64,000 nt of DNA from Octopus vulgaris (GCA_951406725.2 OX597830.1:50158001-50222000), one strand, 5' to 3'; counted from the stretch's first letter, positions 1 through 13,777 are shown. Numbers and translations: made by a program. The notes: generated by a model from the sequence alone, not told the origin.

Positions 1-445
1 TTCGATTTTGATTTTGATTATACATACATACGTACATATATGTATACACACATACACTCACACACACATGCACATAGTTTATAGATTAGAGACAGGTATT
101 CTCTGGATAGAACACACTTCACAGAGCTGAAGAGATTTGAACTCGAGCAAGTAGTGGAGGGGTAAATGTAAGGAGCAGCAAGTTAACCAAATTAACCAAA
201 TCAATATACAAAAAATGTTAAATACATTTAATACAAAGAATGTGCAATATGTATATTATATATGTAAAACTCCTACTCAACCCTGGCCACCCCCATAGTT
301 TCTGATATCATTTCCATTCTGTGTCAGTTGGACTTCTTTTATATGTAGACATATGTACATTCTTTGTATTAAATTTAATTAACATCTTTTTGTATATCAA
401 CTTGACTGACTTGCTTCTTCTTACATTTACTCATGTATATACATG

Positions 446-485
<40 letters not shown>

Positions 486-757
486 CACACATACACACAC
501 ACATATATATACACACACATATAAATATGTATACATACATATCCACATATAAATATGTATACATACATATATCCACATATATACATATATACATATATAT
601 ATACGTACACATACACATGCAAACATACATATATTCATATGTATAAATATATCTCCATATAAACATACAGATCTACATATATATATAAACATATCTATAT
701 ACATATATGTATACATATATATACATAAATACATATACATATAAATATACATATATA

Positions 758-1061
758 CATAACAACAATACGGCACAATTATTTCACCTCAATTGGCCCC
801 GCTCTCTTTAACATTACACCAAAACACATTAAAACAGAAACTGACCCTATAGGGTTCAAGAAGTCTTTGGACAGATTCCTTCAAGAAATCCCGGATAAAC
901 CCCCTACACCCGGATATGTCTCTGTAAACAATAACTCTCTACTTGAGTGGGCCATAGTGCCCAAATTCTGACTTGAAAGACTTCACCAGGTGGTGCTATT
1001 AAGTTAGACATGGCCTGGGCCAATAATGGCCGAAACCTATCAAAGTATCAAAGTATCAAAG
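758..1061 (+). mobile_element. 5'-truncated CR1/Jockey-group LINE 3' end (ORF2 C-terminus, 3'UTR, (TATCAAAG)3 tail)
   Basis: 759-971 translates without internal stop to ITTIRHNYFTSIGPALFNITPKHIKTETDPIGFKKSLDRFLQEIPDKPPTPGYVSVNNNSLLEWAIVPKF*, matching the GPxLFNxLP...FKxxLDxFLxxIPDxPxxPGY...NSL C-terminal pattern of these LINEs; tandem 8-mer tail at 1038-1061; flanked by a direct repeat (682-757 / 1062-1137). Confidence 0.8.
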
Positions 1062-1620
1062 TATATAAACATATCTATATACATATATGTATACACATAT
1101 ATACATAAATACATATACATATAAATATACATATATATATATATATATATATGCATACATACATACATATACACATACTTACACATATATACACACACAT
1201 ACATACATATATGCACAAATATTTACCACTGCATCATCTATATTACCTGCCTGCCTGTCCACCTGTCCGCCTTGATGTAGATAAGTTTCAGTTTGAATAT
1301 CAGTATTTTGGTGTATGCACATAAAATGGCGGTAGGAAGACAATTCGAGGGGATAGCATTGTAGGGAGGAAGGTATGGCTAGGGATCAGTATGGGTATTA
1401 GGAGAGGAGATAAGACATGATGGACAGAGAAGGTATAATGGTTAGAGTGGGGCCCAGGAGAGTGAGAATGAGTGACCAGAGGAGAAGTTGTGGTTAGGTT
1501 GGGGCATAAGGCAAACAGAATGGATGACCAGAGGAGAAGTGTGAGTACTAAGTGTGAAGCTCACGAGGGATTAAATACAGTAAGATAAAATGCAACTTCA
1601 CTGATTCTTCTATCTTTAAA

Positions 1621-1834
1621 TGAGAGAGAGAGAGTGCACTCATGTGTGTTGAGTGCACCTGTGTGTGTGTGAATGTGTGTGTATAAGTGAGAGAGAGAGA
1701 GAGAGTGAGAGAGTGCACCTGTGTGTGTGTGAATGTGTGTGTATAAGTGAGAGAGAGAGAGAGAGTGAGAGAGTGCACCTGTGTGTGTATGAGTGAGAGA
1801 GAGAGTGAGAGAGTGCACCTGTGTGTGTATGAGT

Positions 1835-1865
<31 letters not shown>

Positions 1866-2120
1866 CGAGAGAGTGCACTCATGTGTGTTGAGTGCACCTG
1901 TGTGTGTGTGAATGTGTGTGTATGAGTGAGAGAGAGAGAGAGAGTGAGAGAGTGCACCTGTGTGTGTATGAGTGAGAGAGAGAGTGAGAGAGTGCACCTG
2001 TGTGTGTATGAGTGAGAGAGAGAGAGAGAGCGAGAGAGTGCACTCATGTGTGTTGAGTGCACCTGTGTGTGTGTGAATGTGTGTGTATGAGTGAGAGAGA
2101 GAGAGAGAGAGTGCACGCAC
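1621..2120. repeat. Compound (GA)n/(GT)n minisatellite punctuated by GTGCAC, with higher-order blocks
   Basis: Block gagagtgcactcatgtgtgttgagtgcacctg recurs at about 1631, 1870 and 2035, with repeated gagagtgcacctgtgtgtgt subunits in between. Confidence 0.85.
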
Positions 2121-2718
2121 ACACACATATGTGTGTGTGTGTGAGGGAGAAAGTGCATGAAAAAGAGATAGAGACAGAGACAGAGAGTGCACACATGTGC
2201 ATGTGTGTATGTGCACGTATGTATGTATGAATGTGGATTTTGAGTGCATGTGTGTGCAGGTGTGAGTGTGTGTGAGAGAAAGAGAGAGAGAGGTGTGAGT
2301 GTGCATGCACATTTTTGTGTTTGTTGTTGCCATCAAAGTCCGTCAATATCTTGCATTTGTAAAATCTGGATTTAAATTTCGAGAAGTGCCACTCTCCAGG
2401 TGACTCAGCTCATTTTCATTTGAATCAATTAAAGCCATATGAAATGAAGTGACTTGCTCTAGGGCACAATGCAAAATATGGCCCCAGTAATTGAACCCGC
2501 GCCCCTTATGATCACGAATCCAACAGCCTAACTCACTGCGTCACCTGCTTTGAGAATGGAAGGGTTTCACTGAAAAGAAACCTGTAAAATCCATTGTAAG
2601 CATTGAATAAAAGATATCATAACCATGCTGCTGCTGCTGCTGATGATGATGATGATAGATTAAATAGACAACTTAGAAAGAAAGAGAGATAAACAGACCA
2701 AGTGTGTATGTATGTATG

Positions 2719-2824
<106 letters not shown>

Positions 2825-3254
2825 TATATAGATAGATAGAGGTGGGGCTTGCTTGCTCTATCATCACTACTCTCAACATTCTTCCCACCTCTTTCTTACC
2901 ATTTTTCCTTATTGTTTTCCAGATATGCATTAAATTTGCATATATATGAATTCAAATATATCTCCACACTTTTGTGGGTGGTTGTGACTGAATGTATGCA
3001 TGTATGAACATAAATATGTGAGTGCATAATGCATACATCCACCACCACGCACCCACACACACACACAACACCAAGACACATGTGTGTACCAGCGCACACA
3101 GTTGATGTTTGCCATGGTAGCACAGACAAGCAAATATTTCTATAAAAGAATTCTTGGTATTGACAAATGACACCTCGCACATGCAATGTTGTTAATATAT
3201 TTCCACAGCAACAACTGAGTTTTCTTCTGAAATGCCTCCAATTTCAGATTATGC

Positions 3255-3960
3255 ATCCATCCATCCAACCACATTCTCTGCCCAGTATTCCTAGGAGGGT
3301 TATGGGGAGAGAGTCATCAGGCACCTCCTCCATATGATCCTACCAGAAGAAGCTGTGATAGATTTTCTGGCTGGATTTCCAAGCTAAGTAAAACTGTAAC
3401 TGTCCATACATACAGAGGTGTCCATACATACAGAGGTGTCCTTTACATCCCTCTCTCAGCCAAGTGGTACTTCTAAACCATCTAAACCATGCCAGTATGG
3501 AAAGTGGACGTTAAATAACAATGAATATGATTACGATGAGGAGGAGGAGGAGGAGGAAGAGGTTGACCAACTGAGACAATGGATATTATTCATCCATCTT
3601 ATTCTTAGTCTATCTCTATGTTTCCTGCCAGTTGGCTTGGCTTGAAGAATCTGTCTTGCAAGTCTTTCCTGCAACATTCTAATCCCAATGTCCATAGTAC
3701 TGGAGCCATTACCTCCCAATGTAGTTAAAAGAAATGGCTCAACTGGAGAGAATCCCTGATCTCCAAGCTACACACCTTGTCATATTGCATTACTCCAGAG
3801 ATCCTTTGGAGGAACACCATTTTGGCCACTTGCATTCAAGATCATACTCTTTCAGTCACTGAACCAACATTTATGACCATAGGCGATGATAGGCTTAAAA
3901 ACCAAATTGAAAATTGTGCGTTTGGCTTTTCTACTAACTTGTTCGTTTCTGAGAAGTACT
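3255..3960 (-). mobile_element. Decayed RTE-clade (Rex3/Expander-like) LINE, 3' part of the RT ORF; interrupted at about 3390-3560
   Basis: Minus-strand translation with stops and frameshifts: SRKAKRTIF..PIIAYGH..TERV..MQVAKMVFLQRISGV..DKVCSLEIRDSL..LQYYGH.IRMLQERLARQILQAKPTGRKHRDRLRIRWMNNIHCLSWS...IWRRCL; ends in a (GGAT)n tail at about 3255-3270. Confidence 0.8.
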
Positions 3961-4019
3961 CTGAGAATACTTTCTTGAAAGAATTAATGTCTCAGTATCC
4001 ATGTTTTACAGGAATAGTT

Positions 4020-5553
4020 GATGATTTCAAATTGTGGCACAAGGTCAGCAATTTCAGGCAAAGGGATAAGTCAGTTACATCAACCCCAATACTTGACTGG
4101 TACTTATTTTATCAACCTCGAAAGGATAAAGGGCAAATTTGACTCCAGTGCATTTGAACTATAGAATATATAGATGGACAAAATACTGCTAAGAATTTTA
4201 CCTGGCATGCTAATGATTCTGCCAGCTTGCAGAATTCCAGGATTGTTTAATAATGAACAAGTCATTGCCAGAATTGGGACAAGTTAATTCAAAGACGTGA
4301 AGGGTAAAGATCCCCTTAGGTTATTAATGACAATAGAATTGCACTTAGAAAGTTCCCCTCTAAGGCACAAGTCTGGGCAAGGTTGTTTATGGAAGAGCAG
4401 CAGTCAGCCATGCATACCAGCCTCCGCTCTCCATGCACCAGTTGTTATCCAAGGGATAAGCAAAGGCTGATACAGATTGGCACCAGTGATGTTGCAACTC
4501 ATTTCTACAGCTGAGTGAACTGGAGCAACGTGAAGTAAAGTGCATTGCTCAAGTCCAGGAATTGAACTCACAACCTCATGACTGTGAGCCCAATGCTCTA
4601 ACCACTGAGCTATGTGCCTTCAAAGACATGTCCTTTGACAACAACAACAACAATAATGATGATAATGATGATGCTTTAAGTCACAGCACAAAGCTTGAAA
4701 ATTTAATGGGAGGGGTAGACAATTATATTGATCCCAGTGCTTTCATTAACCCTGAGAGGACAAAAAGGGAAGTTGATGTTGGCAGGATTTGAACTCAGAA
4801 CATAGAGAGCTGAAGGAAATACTACTAAGCATTTTGTTTGACATGCCAATGATTCTGCCAACCTTAGAGATGATAACAATGATATTCCTATCTACTATAG
4901 GCACAAGATCTGAAATTTGAGGGGAGGGGACTACTTGATTAAAATTGGCCCCCAGTACTCAACTGGTACTTATTTCATTGAGCCTGAAAGCAAAGATGGA
5001 TGAAATGCTGCAAGGCATTTTGTCTGGTGCGTTTACCATTCTGTTAGTTCACTGTCTCAACAACGACAACAACAACGACAACGACAACAATAATAATGAT
5101 TTCAAATTTTGGTGCATGGCCAGTAATTTTGGAGGGAAGGTGCAAGTTGATTACATTGACCTCAGTACTCAACTGGTACTTATTTTATCACCTCTGAAAG
5201 GATGAAAGGCAAAGTCAGCCTCGGTGGAATTTGAACTCAGTTCATACAGATAGACGAAATACTGATAAGCATTTTGCCTGGTGTACTAAAGATTCTACCA
5301 GCTCGCTGCCTTATCAATAATAATAATAATAATAATATTCTTTTCTATGATAGGCACTCAGCCTGAAATTTTGGGGAAGGGGGAAAGTCAATTACATCGA
5401 CCCGAGTTTGTAACTGGTACTTACTTCACCAACACTGAAAGGATGAAAGGCAAAATTAACCTCGGCAAAATTTGAACTCAGAACATTGGGACAGACAAAA
5501 TACTGTTAAGCATTTTGCCCAGCATGTTAACGATTCTGCCAGCACACCACCTT
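4020..5553 (-). mobile_element. Cluster of five co-oriented SINE family B copies (tRNA head, Meta-domain-like body) plus one family E SINE (about 4310-4622)
   Basis: Repeated aactggtactta..accccgaaaggatgaaaggcaaagt..acctcgg..gaatttgaactcag at about 4020-4230, 4670-4860, 4885-5055, 5095-5312 and 5338-5553, separated by (AAT/AAC/GAT)n. Confidence 0.85.
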
Positions 5554-5691
5554 AAGAATAATAATAATGGTAATATTCATTCTCGCTTGTCTCACAGTGG
5601 CCACCCCAGAAGAGTTAGTCACCACAGAGTGCTGGCCTTGTCAAATATATTACAAGAGTTAATATATAATACACTCAACTACGTATATATA

Positions 5692-5742
<51 letters not shown>

Positions 5743-6493
5743 GGATGTTAGTTTATAAATTATTACTTGCTGCTACGGTTTGGTTGTACATTAGTGTAGT
5801 TGACCCCATGACTAGTGAGAGGTTGAGGGCATCAGGCTAAGATTTGAACTTGAGATCACTAGGTTATGACACCACTTGTAAATTACTAGCACTTCTAAGT
5901 GGCTGTGTGTGTGTGTGTGTGTGAGAATAGAAGTATTCACTAATCTGTTTTAGTCTGACCATTATATTTGCATATGTTAGTACATGTGTATATATGTGTA
6001 CTATTAAGTATGGGTGTGTGTATGAGTGTGTGTATACATTTATACATATATATATATATATATATACACACACACGTGTAAGTGTGAGTGTAGGTGCACC
6101 GATGTGTCTTAGTTCATGTATGTGGAAATGTGTAAGCATATAGATGTGTGTATATATTTGCATATGTGCATGTGTGTATAGAGTGTGGGTAGAGGTAAGG
6201 GCTGGAGATAGGGGTGGTATAAGTGTGCAAAGTATAATAATATGAAGAATCACGACCAGCTAACATCGAATGAGTGTCTGTATAAGCATGAATGTGTGTG
6301 TGTGTGTGTGTGAAGGAATGTATAAATTGGTGTATGTATGCAAATAGTTGTGTGTGAGAGGGAGCATGTAGTTTTATATGTAAAACAATAGTTCACATCA
6401 CCTCCATTTTCTCCCTTCCCGTCCCCTCCATATACACACACACACACACGTACACATATGCATACAATGACCTACAATTTCAGTGTGTATTTA

Positions 6494-6541
<48 letters not shown>

Positions 6542-7309
6542 GGTGTGTAGATTGTCTTAATCAAACATAACCATGTATAATTAATAACATTGAAGTTCAG
6601 AGTGTAGAGAAGAGAGGGCGAGGGAAAAAATCCCCCCAAAAAACAGACAAGAATAACAATATTCACAGAACTAACAACAACAACAACAACAAAATATTAA
6701 AACAATCTCAATTTAATGAGAGAAATGAGATTTATCAAAATATTTAAACAAAATTGTAATAAAGTTGTAAAATCTCAAATGAAATATTTTGTTTATTAAA
6801 TTGCTGTTGCCCAGCAACAAGGGCGAGGTGTGATGGTGGACAGCAAGGAGGGGTAGTATAGGTGAGTTGTGACGGTGTGTGTGCTGCGCAAGGTGTGTGT
6901 AGCCTAAACAAGCATGACAGATGCATAAAACAAAAGACACGGCAGGTACAAAACACACACACGTGCACAGGTATGCTTCACATACACACACACACACATG
7001 CAGCAACAGATACAAACACTCGTTTATACACAGATGTATAACACAACAAACAGACAGACACACACACACACACACACTGATGAGTATTGCACACACAAAC
7101 ATACATAAACTCATGTATGGTACAAATACATACATGCATTTATAAACAGGGGTACAACACAAACAAACATAAAGAGATGTGTAGCACATACATACATACA
7201 CACATATATAAATAAATGTATAACCCAAGCACACACACACATACACACATTTACACACATATACTCTCACACACTGTGCGTTGGCATAAATCTGTCTAAC
7301 AGATGACAG

Positions 7310-7552
7310 CATGATGAAGATATGGACACAAATGATGACAACGATGAAAATGATGATGATGATAATCATGGTGATGATGATGATGGTGATGATGATGAAG
7401 ATGATGATGATGATGGTGATGATGATGATGGTGATGATGAAGATGATGATGATCATGGTGATGATGATGATGGTGATGATGATGAAGATGATGATGATGA
7501 TGATACTGGTGGTCCTGATAAGTGATCATGATAATGATAATGATGGTGATGA
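7310..7552. repeat. (GAT)n trinucleotide repeat with periodic GGT/GAA variants
   Basis: Visible directly; source of the poly-D/H/M ORFs. Confidence 0.95.
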
Positions 7553-7896
7553 TATATACAGAACTGAACCCCTAAACTCCTACTTCACATCCATTAGACT
7601 TTAATCCCACAGAACGACTGTGAGTTAATTGACCCTGAAGGAATAACAATTTTATTTAGCTGACCTTAGCCCTAAATTTATTTATTCATGTCTTCCTCAA
7701 TTAGCACTCTGTACTTCGCCTTTTAGGTTTTCTGTAGGGTTTTCTGTAGTTCTTTGACAAGAATGGAAATTGAATCCTCCTACAACAATACGTATTGATT
7801 TCTATCATTACATCATGTATTGATCTGATGTTGCTGTTAAATTTGCTTTGAATTCAAGCCTTCAATGATCTGTGACTAATATTTAGGGGATTGTCT

Positions 7897-7937
<41 letters not shown>

Positions 7938-7938
7938 G

Positions 7939-8262
7939 GAGCACTTCATCGGTTATGAAGACGAGGGTCCCAGCTGATACGATCAATGGAATAGCTTGCT
8001 CGTGAAATTAATGTGCAACTGGCTGAGCACTTCACAGACACAGGTGCCATTAACGTAGTTCCCAGGGATATTCGGCATGACACAAAGTGTGACAAGGTTG
8101 GCCCTTTCAAACACAGGTACCACTCACTTTTGCCAGGTGAGTGGACTGGAGCAACGTGAAATAAAGTGTCTTGCTCATGGACACAACACGTCACTGAGAA
8201 TAGAACTCATGACCATACTATCGCGAGCCGAATTCCCTAACCACTAAGCCACATGCCTTCAT
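7939..8262 (-). mobile_element. tRNA-derived SINE: family E head with 'tail 1' body
   Basis: Minus strand starts gaaggcatgtggcttagtggttagg (A box); body matches the 3' half of the SINE at 27331-27711. Confidence 0.8.
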
Positions 8263-8473
8263 GGTCAGCAGAGTTAGTGGTTGGAATAACCATCTAAGGG
8301 ATAAGAATATCTATTCTTACTACAGGTGTCAATTACTTATATTGACCCTGGGCACAGGTCTCCAGGCACACTATGTTCAAAGCAACGTTAAGTTTTGATT
8401 AAAAAAAAAATAACCAAAGATGGTCAATTTGTTGCTCAAAAGCTTTCTCCAGTTTCTGCTTATTTTAAATTTT

Positions 8474-8524
<51 letters not shown>

Positions 8525-10167
8525 TATATATATGAAAGCTTCTTTCAGTTTCCATCAACCAAATCCCTTCACAAGGCTTGGTCAGCCTGGGGCCATAGTA
8601 GAAGACACTAGCTTAAGGCACAACGCAATGAGGCAAAAACCAGAACCCTGCGGTTGGGAAACAAGCTTCTTACCACACAGTCGCATCTGTGCCTCAAACA
8701 CAGCTGTGCCATTTTCTATAGGTAATTCATTAAAATAAAACTTGAAACATCTGGGATTGTGTTTATTGTGTGTTTTCTGAGATAAAGTCTATCAAGGTCA
8801 ATATAACATTGGAACAGTACTCAGGAGCACCATGATCAAAGAAGAGAACTATCAAAGAAGTACTCTGGAGTACCACTATCAAAAAAGGGTACTTCAGAGT
8901 ATCACTATATATATGTATATATATATATATATATATAGATACATGTGTGTGTGTGAGTGTCTTTGTGTCTGTGTTTGTCCTCCTCCCCACTGCTTGACAA
9001 CTGGTGTTGGTGTGTTTACATCCCTGTAACTTAGCAGTTCAGCAAGAGAAACTGATAGAATAAGTATCAGGCTTAAAAGAAAATAAGTCCTGGGGATGAT
9101 TTGTGCGACTAAATTCCTTCAAGGCAGTGCCCCAGCCTGGCCACAATTAAATGACTGAAACAAGTAAAAGATAAAAGAGAGTATGTTGAATAGCTTCTTT
9201 TTTTTTTCTTTCTAAAGATGTTATACTATTTCTAAACATCATTAATCTAGCAGAGAGCATTAACCCTATCCTGCAGATATTGCAACAGACATGTGTTCAC
9301 ACATTCAACAAATTGCCAGTCAATATTCTACAGAGCCCAATGGGTGCTACTTATGGCAACATGAATGTTCTGACATTTCACTCTACCAGTAAATTGAGAA
9401 ATGACAGTTAATTAATATTGTCACTGTCCATTATGAATAATTATATAGATTCAGGTATGGAGTTCTTATTTTCTGATAAGCATTTGGTTATCTTCCTGCT
9501 AGTGTTAGAGCATGAAAGTGTCATCCACATACCTGAACCAAATTGTAACTTTTAGCTTTCTACTTAACACAGTTCTACTTAACACAGATACATTTTCTGT
9601 GTTTCATACAAATGTTAGCTACAACTGATGATAATGGAGGACCCATGGCTATCTCTTATAATTGCTCAATCTATTATTGAAAATTAGTTTAAATACAATT
9701 TAGATGTTTCCCCTAAAATGGTAAACCAATGGATAAAAGTATAGCAAATATGTTTCAATTAAGCGGTCGTGAGTTCAGTCTTTGAGTATATGTTATGTAA
9801 ATATGACAACAAGTGACAGCAACTATAAACTCCTGAAAACGAGATGGTATATGAGATACAAGATTCACACAAAATGTCACCAATTCTGTTATCAATTATC
9901 ATAATTATTTTTAAAATTCGACCCATCCAATCTGTGCCAAGGATGATGATGACAATACTAACAACAAAAATGATGATTTGAATAAAAAAAAATAACAAAA
10001 ACCATTTTTTTAATATCATTCTAGGAAATATATTTCTTAGACTGTTAAATCTATCATTAAAATACATACTTAAACTGCTGTAAACTGTGTTTTTATATGA
10101 TACGGTTATAAGTAACATGATGAATATTAAATATTTTATTATCAATTCATAATATCTATCTGCAAAC

Positions 10168-10448
10168 CGCAGATGTAAGAAGGGTTTAGAATGGAGCCTC
10201 AAAAGTGGGGTTTAGAAGGAATGTGTGGGGTTTAGAAGGAACCTACTGATGTAAGTGGAGTTTAAAAGGAGGCTACAGAGGTGAGTGAGATTTAGAAAGA
10301 GCTCACAGAGGTATGTCATGTTTAGAAAGACACCACAGATGTGAGGTTTAGAAAAGAAGTCACAGATTTAAAGAGGGTTTACACAGGGGCTATAGTTGTA
10401 AGTGGAGTTTAGGGGATATGCCACACAGGTAAAAGTACTAGGAAGGGA
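10168..10448. repeat. Degenerate minisatellite of about 30 bp (acagatgtaagtggggtttagaaggagcct-like), about 9 copies
   Basis: Periodic gtttagaa motif. Confidence 0.7.
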
Positions 10449-11057
10449 TTCATGAGAGAAAAAGGTTAAAAACCTCTGCACGAAACCATTTTTGTCATCC
10501 AGTATGCCACAGCCACTACAGGCCATATTTGCAAGTTTTACAGTTAAATGTCTGCGTGGCACAATTTAGTAGTAGATGCCATTCATTTTCAGCTGAATGA
10601 ACTGCAGCAATGCAAAATGAAGAACCTTGCTTAAGGGCACAACACACTACCTAGTCTGGGATTTAAAAGCATGACTTAACAATTACGAAACCATCAACCT
10701 ATTCCACTTTTCCACACACTTTACCTAAAACTAGCAGCACATACACAGAACCATTGCTATGAGTTTCTGTATTTTAAACTGACCTTTAACTACCAACAGT
10801 CATACTGAGTTGGTGTCAAAGCCGGACGTACTGATAAGTTTTTTAACAAGTTCTATACTTGCTACCATTGCTGCTGCTTAAATATTTCTAACTGAAGACA
10901 TTTTGTTCCATAGCTCTTCTTGTACCTTTCCTTCATAGCTGTCTTCCCATTAATCATTTACTTTATTACTCAAGTCTGACATGAAGGACCTTTCCTGGTT
11001 TCTTCTACAAAATGTTGTAGCTGTCATTCTTACGTTCTTGCCGTTCCCAGGAATATT

Positions 11058-11273
11058 TAAAACCCCTTTGATACCAAACCACATGATGCCAAACTTCCTG
11101 TTTTAAAGTTATCTAAACTAAAATCTTGCATCAAAATCTGGTGTTAATTTATGTTCCAAACACCTATTTAATAATATTACCAAAGTTTGTTTTACCAAAG
11201 TATTCAAGATTTTTAAAAAGAATCAAAAAGTAGTCAGTGTATTTCAACAGAAATATGCTAACCAAAGCTTTAA
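11058..11273. mobile_element. Old piggyBac-type MITE (degenerate)
   Basis: Ends resemble ttaa-ccc-tttg.tacca ... t.ctaaccaaag.-ttaa. Confidence 0.4.
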
Positions 11274-11329
11274 CTATATTGAGGAATCTGCAAAATATGA
11301 CATTGCTTTAGAACAGAATTCTGATATCG

Positions 11330-11693
11330 TAAGTGTTGTCTGTTGTCTGTGCGTGGCAGGTTTGGTAGCCTTCAACTAACAGTATCTCCTCCGAGACCAT
11401 GCGGTGCAAGATGACCAAAATTGAGAGTATGATAGAAGAAGGCTTGTGCTTCATTCCTTAGAAGAAAAAATTCAAATGGGATGATATTAACACCAAAAAT
11501 TATTTACATCAAAACTTTGATTTTTTTTTCAATGAAAATTTTTTTTTTACTGCTATGTCGCCATTTTACGGTGTATTTCAACCAGAAAAATGTTCACTTA
11601 AAGAGAATAACAAGCTACATAATGCAAAATTTTTACTTTTCAAAAATTTCAATTCTAAAGGGTCGAAAAGCAACGCCGGGTGATACTGCTAGT
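11330..11693 (-). mobile_element. Non-autonomous Helitron/Helentron-like element (same family as 36880-37268)
   Basis: Reverse-complement homologue of 36880-37268; starts actagcagtatcacccggcgttgct. Confidence 0.6.
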
Positions 11694-12348
11694 GTCCTCA
11701 TAGAATCTGTTACAGGAAAGTAGAGATACTCTGAAATTAATTTTGGCCTCAAATTGGTGTTATTGAGATTCGCTGCAGGCATGGGGTCATTTATCATGTT
11801 GGCTGAGGTTTTGTTATTTCGGTATGTATATTTTATGATGTCCGCTGTCGTTTTTGAGAGACTAAATGGGTGTGTATGTGTGGGTGAGTGAAAGAGAGAG
11901 CGGGTGGGTGGGTGTACACATGTGAGAGAGTGACTTTATAATTATCTATAATTACATAGTTAATTATTATATAATTAGCTACAATTATACATAATCATGC
12001 ATAACTATATTTAATGAGATATAATCATATCTAATTATTGCAAATAAATTAGATCTAATTAACAAGTAATAGCTTATAATTATATGTAATGCTATAATTA
12101 TCTATTATTAGAAACACACACATAGATACATACATACATACACACATACACACATACATACACATATATATATATATATACATTGATATATATACATTAA
12201 TTGACACCGATGGGTCCAAAGAATATTATTAGAACTTAGAAATTGAAGCAGTCAACAAGCTAAAACCCAACCAACCAGATATTGTGTGACACTACATGAA
12301 AATAATGCTCTGTATGTATATATATATATATATTGTGTGTGTGTGTGT

Positions 12349-12650
12349 AGGCGCAATGGTCCAGTGGTTAGGGCTGCAGACTCGGGGTCGAAGGATAGCG
12401 GTTTTGATTCCCAGACTGGGCGTTGTGTATGTATTGAGTGAAAACACCTAAAAGCTTCACGATGCTCCGGCAGGGGGTAGTGCTGACCCCTGTGTACTCT
12501 TTCACCACAACTTTCTCTCACTCTCTCTTCCTGTTTCTTGAGTAACACTGCGATGGACTGGTGGCCTGTCCACCTGGGGAGAAAACATACGCCACAGAAA
12601 CTGGGAATCCGGGCCCATGAGCCTGGCTCGGCTTGAAAAGGGTGATGTTT
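12349..12650 (+). mobile_element. tRNA-derived SINE family D with V-domain-like tail
   Basis: A box tggtccagtgg, B-box-like ggttttgattccc; contains ctgcgatggactgg..cctgtcca. Confidence 0.8.
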
Positions 12651-13472
12651 ATCATTATATATATATAAAAATATACAATGAGCTTCTTTCAGTTTCCATC
12701 TATCAAATCCACTCACAAAGCTTTGATTGACCTGAGGCTATTATAGAAGACACATGCTCGAGGTGCTACGCAATGGGACTGAACCTGGAACCACATGGAT
12801 GGCAAGCAAGCTTCTTACCACACAGCCATGTCTTTTCACAGGTTCACAATATAAGTGTTGTATAAAGTTTGTATTGAACTGAATATTATTTAAATATCAA
12901 TTAAAAAAAAGACCCTGAACAATATTACATACTGATAGTGGTCTGATCTTTTGAAACGGGTCTTAGATTTTGGTAAAAGCTTTTGTTTGTGGAAGGGGTA
13001 ATGAGTATGATGACCATATTGTTTTGTGGGTGTTTAACCCCAGGCAATCTTTGGTTCCGTAGAGCCGTGCTGTTGTCTGGCCCCAGATTAGACCTGATCC
13101 AACAGACCTATATAGATGTTGTTGTTGTTGTTGTTCATGTTTATTTCAACTTAGAGAGCCATGTCATTTAGCATCAAAGTAGCACCTGGTCCATCAGATC
13201 TACACGTAAGATCTTGTCAAGTGGCAAGCCAAAAGTTTACACTGGATGGATGTTATTCTTTTTATTTATTTGTTTCAGTCATTTGACTGTGGCCATGCTG
13301 GAGTACCACCTTTAGTTGAGCAAATCAACCCCAGGACTTATTCTTTGTAAGCCTAGTACTTATTCTATCGGTTTCTTTTGCCGAACCACTAATTGACGGA
13401 GACGTAAACACACCAGCATTAGTTGTAAAGCAATGTTGGGGGACAAACACAGACACACAAAAACATATACAT

Positions 13473-13517
<45 letters not shown>

Positions 13518-13518
<1 letters not shown>

Positions 13519-13745
13519 TTTATTTAAAGCAGCAGAAAATTCAACAAAACCTGTAACTCTGAGTTTCCCGTTGCCGATCATCGGACAGTTTTTGCCAGCA
13601 AAAACTGTCTGATGAACGGCAACGGGAAACTCAGAGTTACAGGTTTTGTTGAATTTTCTGCTGCTTTAAATAAAGCATATTACACTACCACTGGTATTTG
13701 AGTACTCTTTTTCCACCTTGTTTCACATTTATGTGTTTACTCCGG
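13518..13745 (+). mobile_element. Penelope-like element terminal fragment with inverted 5' arm, inserted in (TA)n
   Basis: 78-bp arms 13518-13595 / 13598-13675 (2 mismatches), right-side extension to 13745, (TA)n on both sides, contains a hammerhead motif. Confidence 0.65.
13596..13651 (+). ncRNA. Minimal type-I hammerhead ribozyme motif
   Basis: Stem I cagcaaaa-a-ctgt / acag-g-ttttgttg; core CTGATGA (13609-13615); stem II a-CG-GCAA-CG-g; GAA; stem III ACTC-a-GAGT; cleavage triplet GUU at 13636-13638. Confidence 0.65.
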
Positions 13746-13746
13746 T

Positions 13747-13777
<31 letters not shown>

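Noticed and set aside
9759-10202. 147-aa hydrophobic ORF
   Set aside because: AT-rich compositional artefact, non-ATG start, no recognisable motif or splice sites
12349-12420. tRNA genes at SINE heads (also near 27640, 39300, 41784, 51050)
   Set aside because: A/B boxes present but no complete cloverleaf, and each continues into a multicopy SINE body
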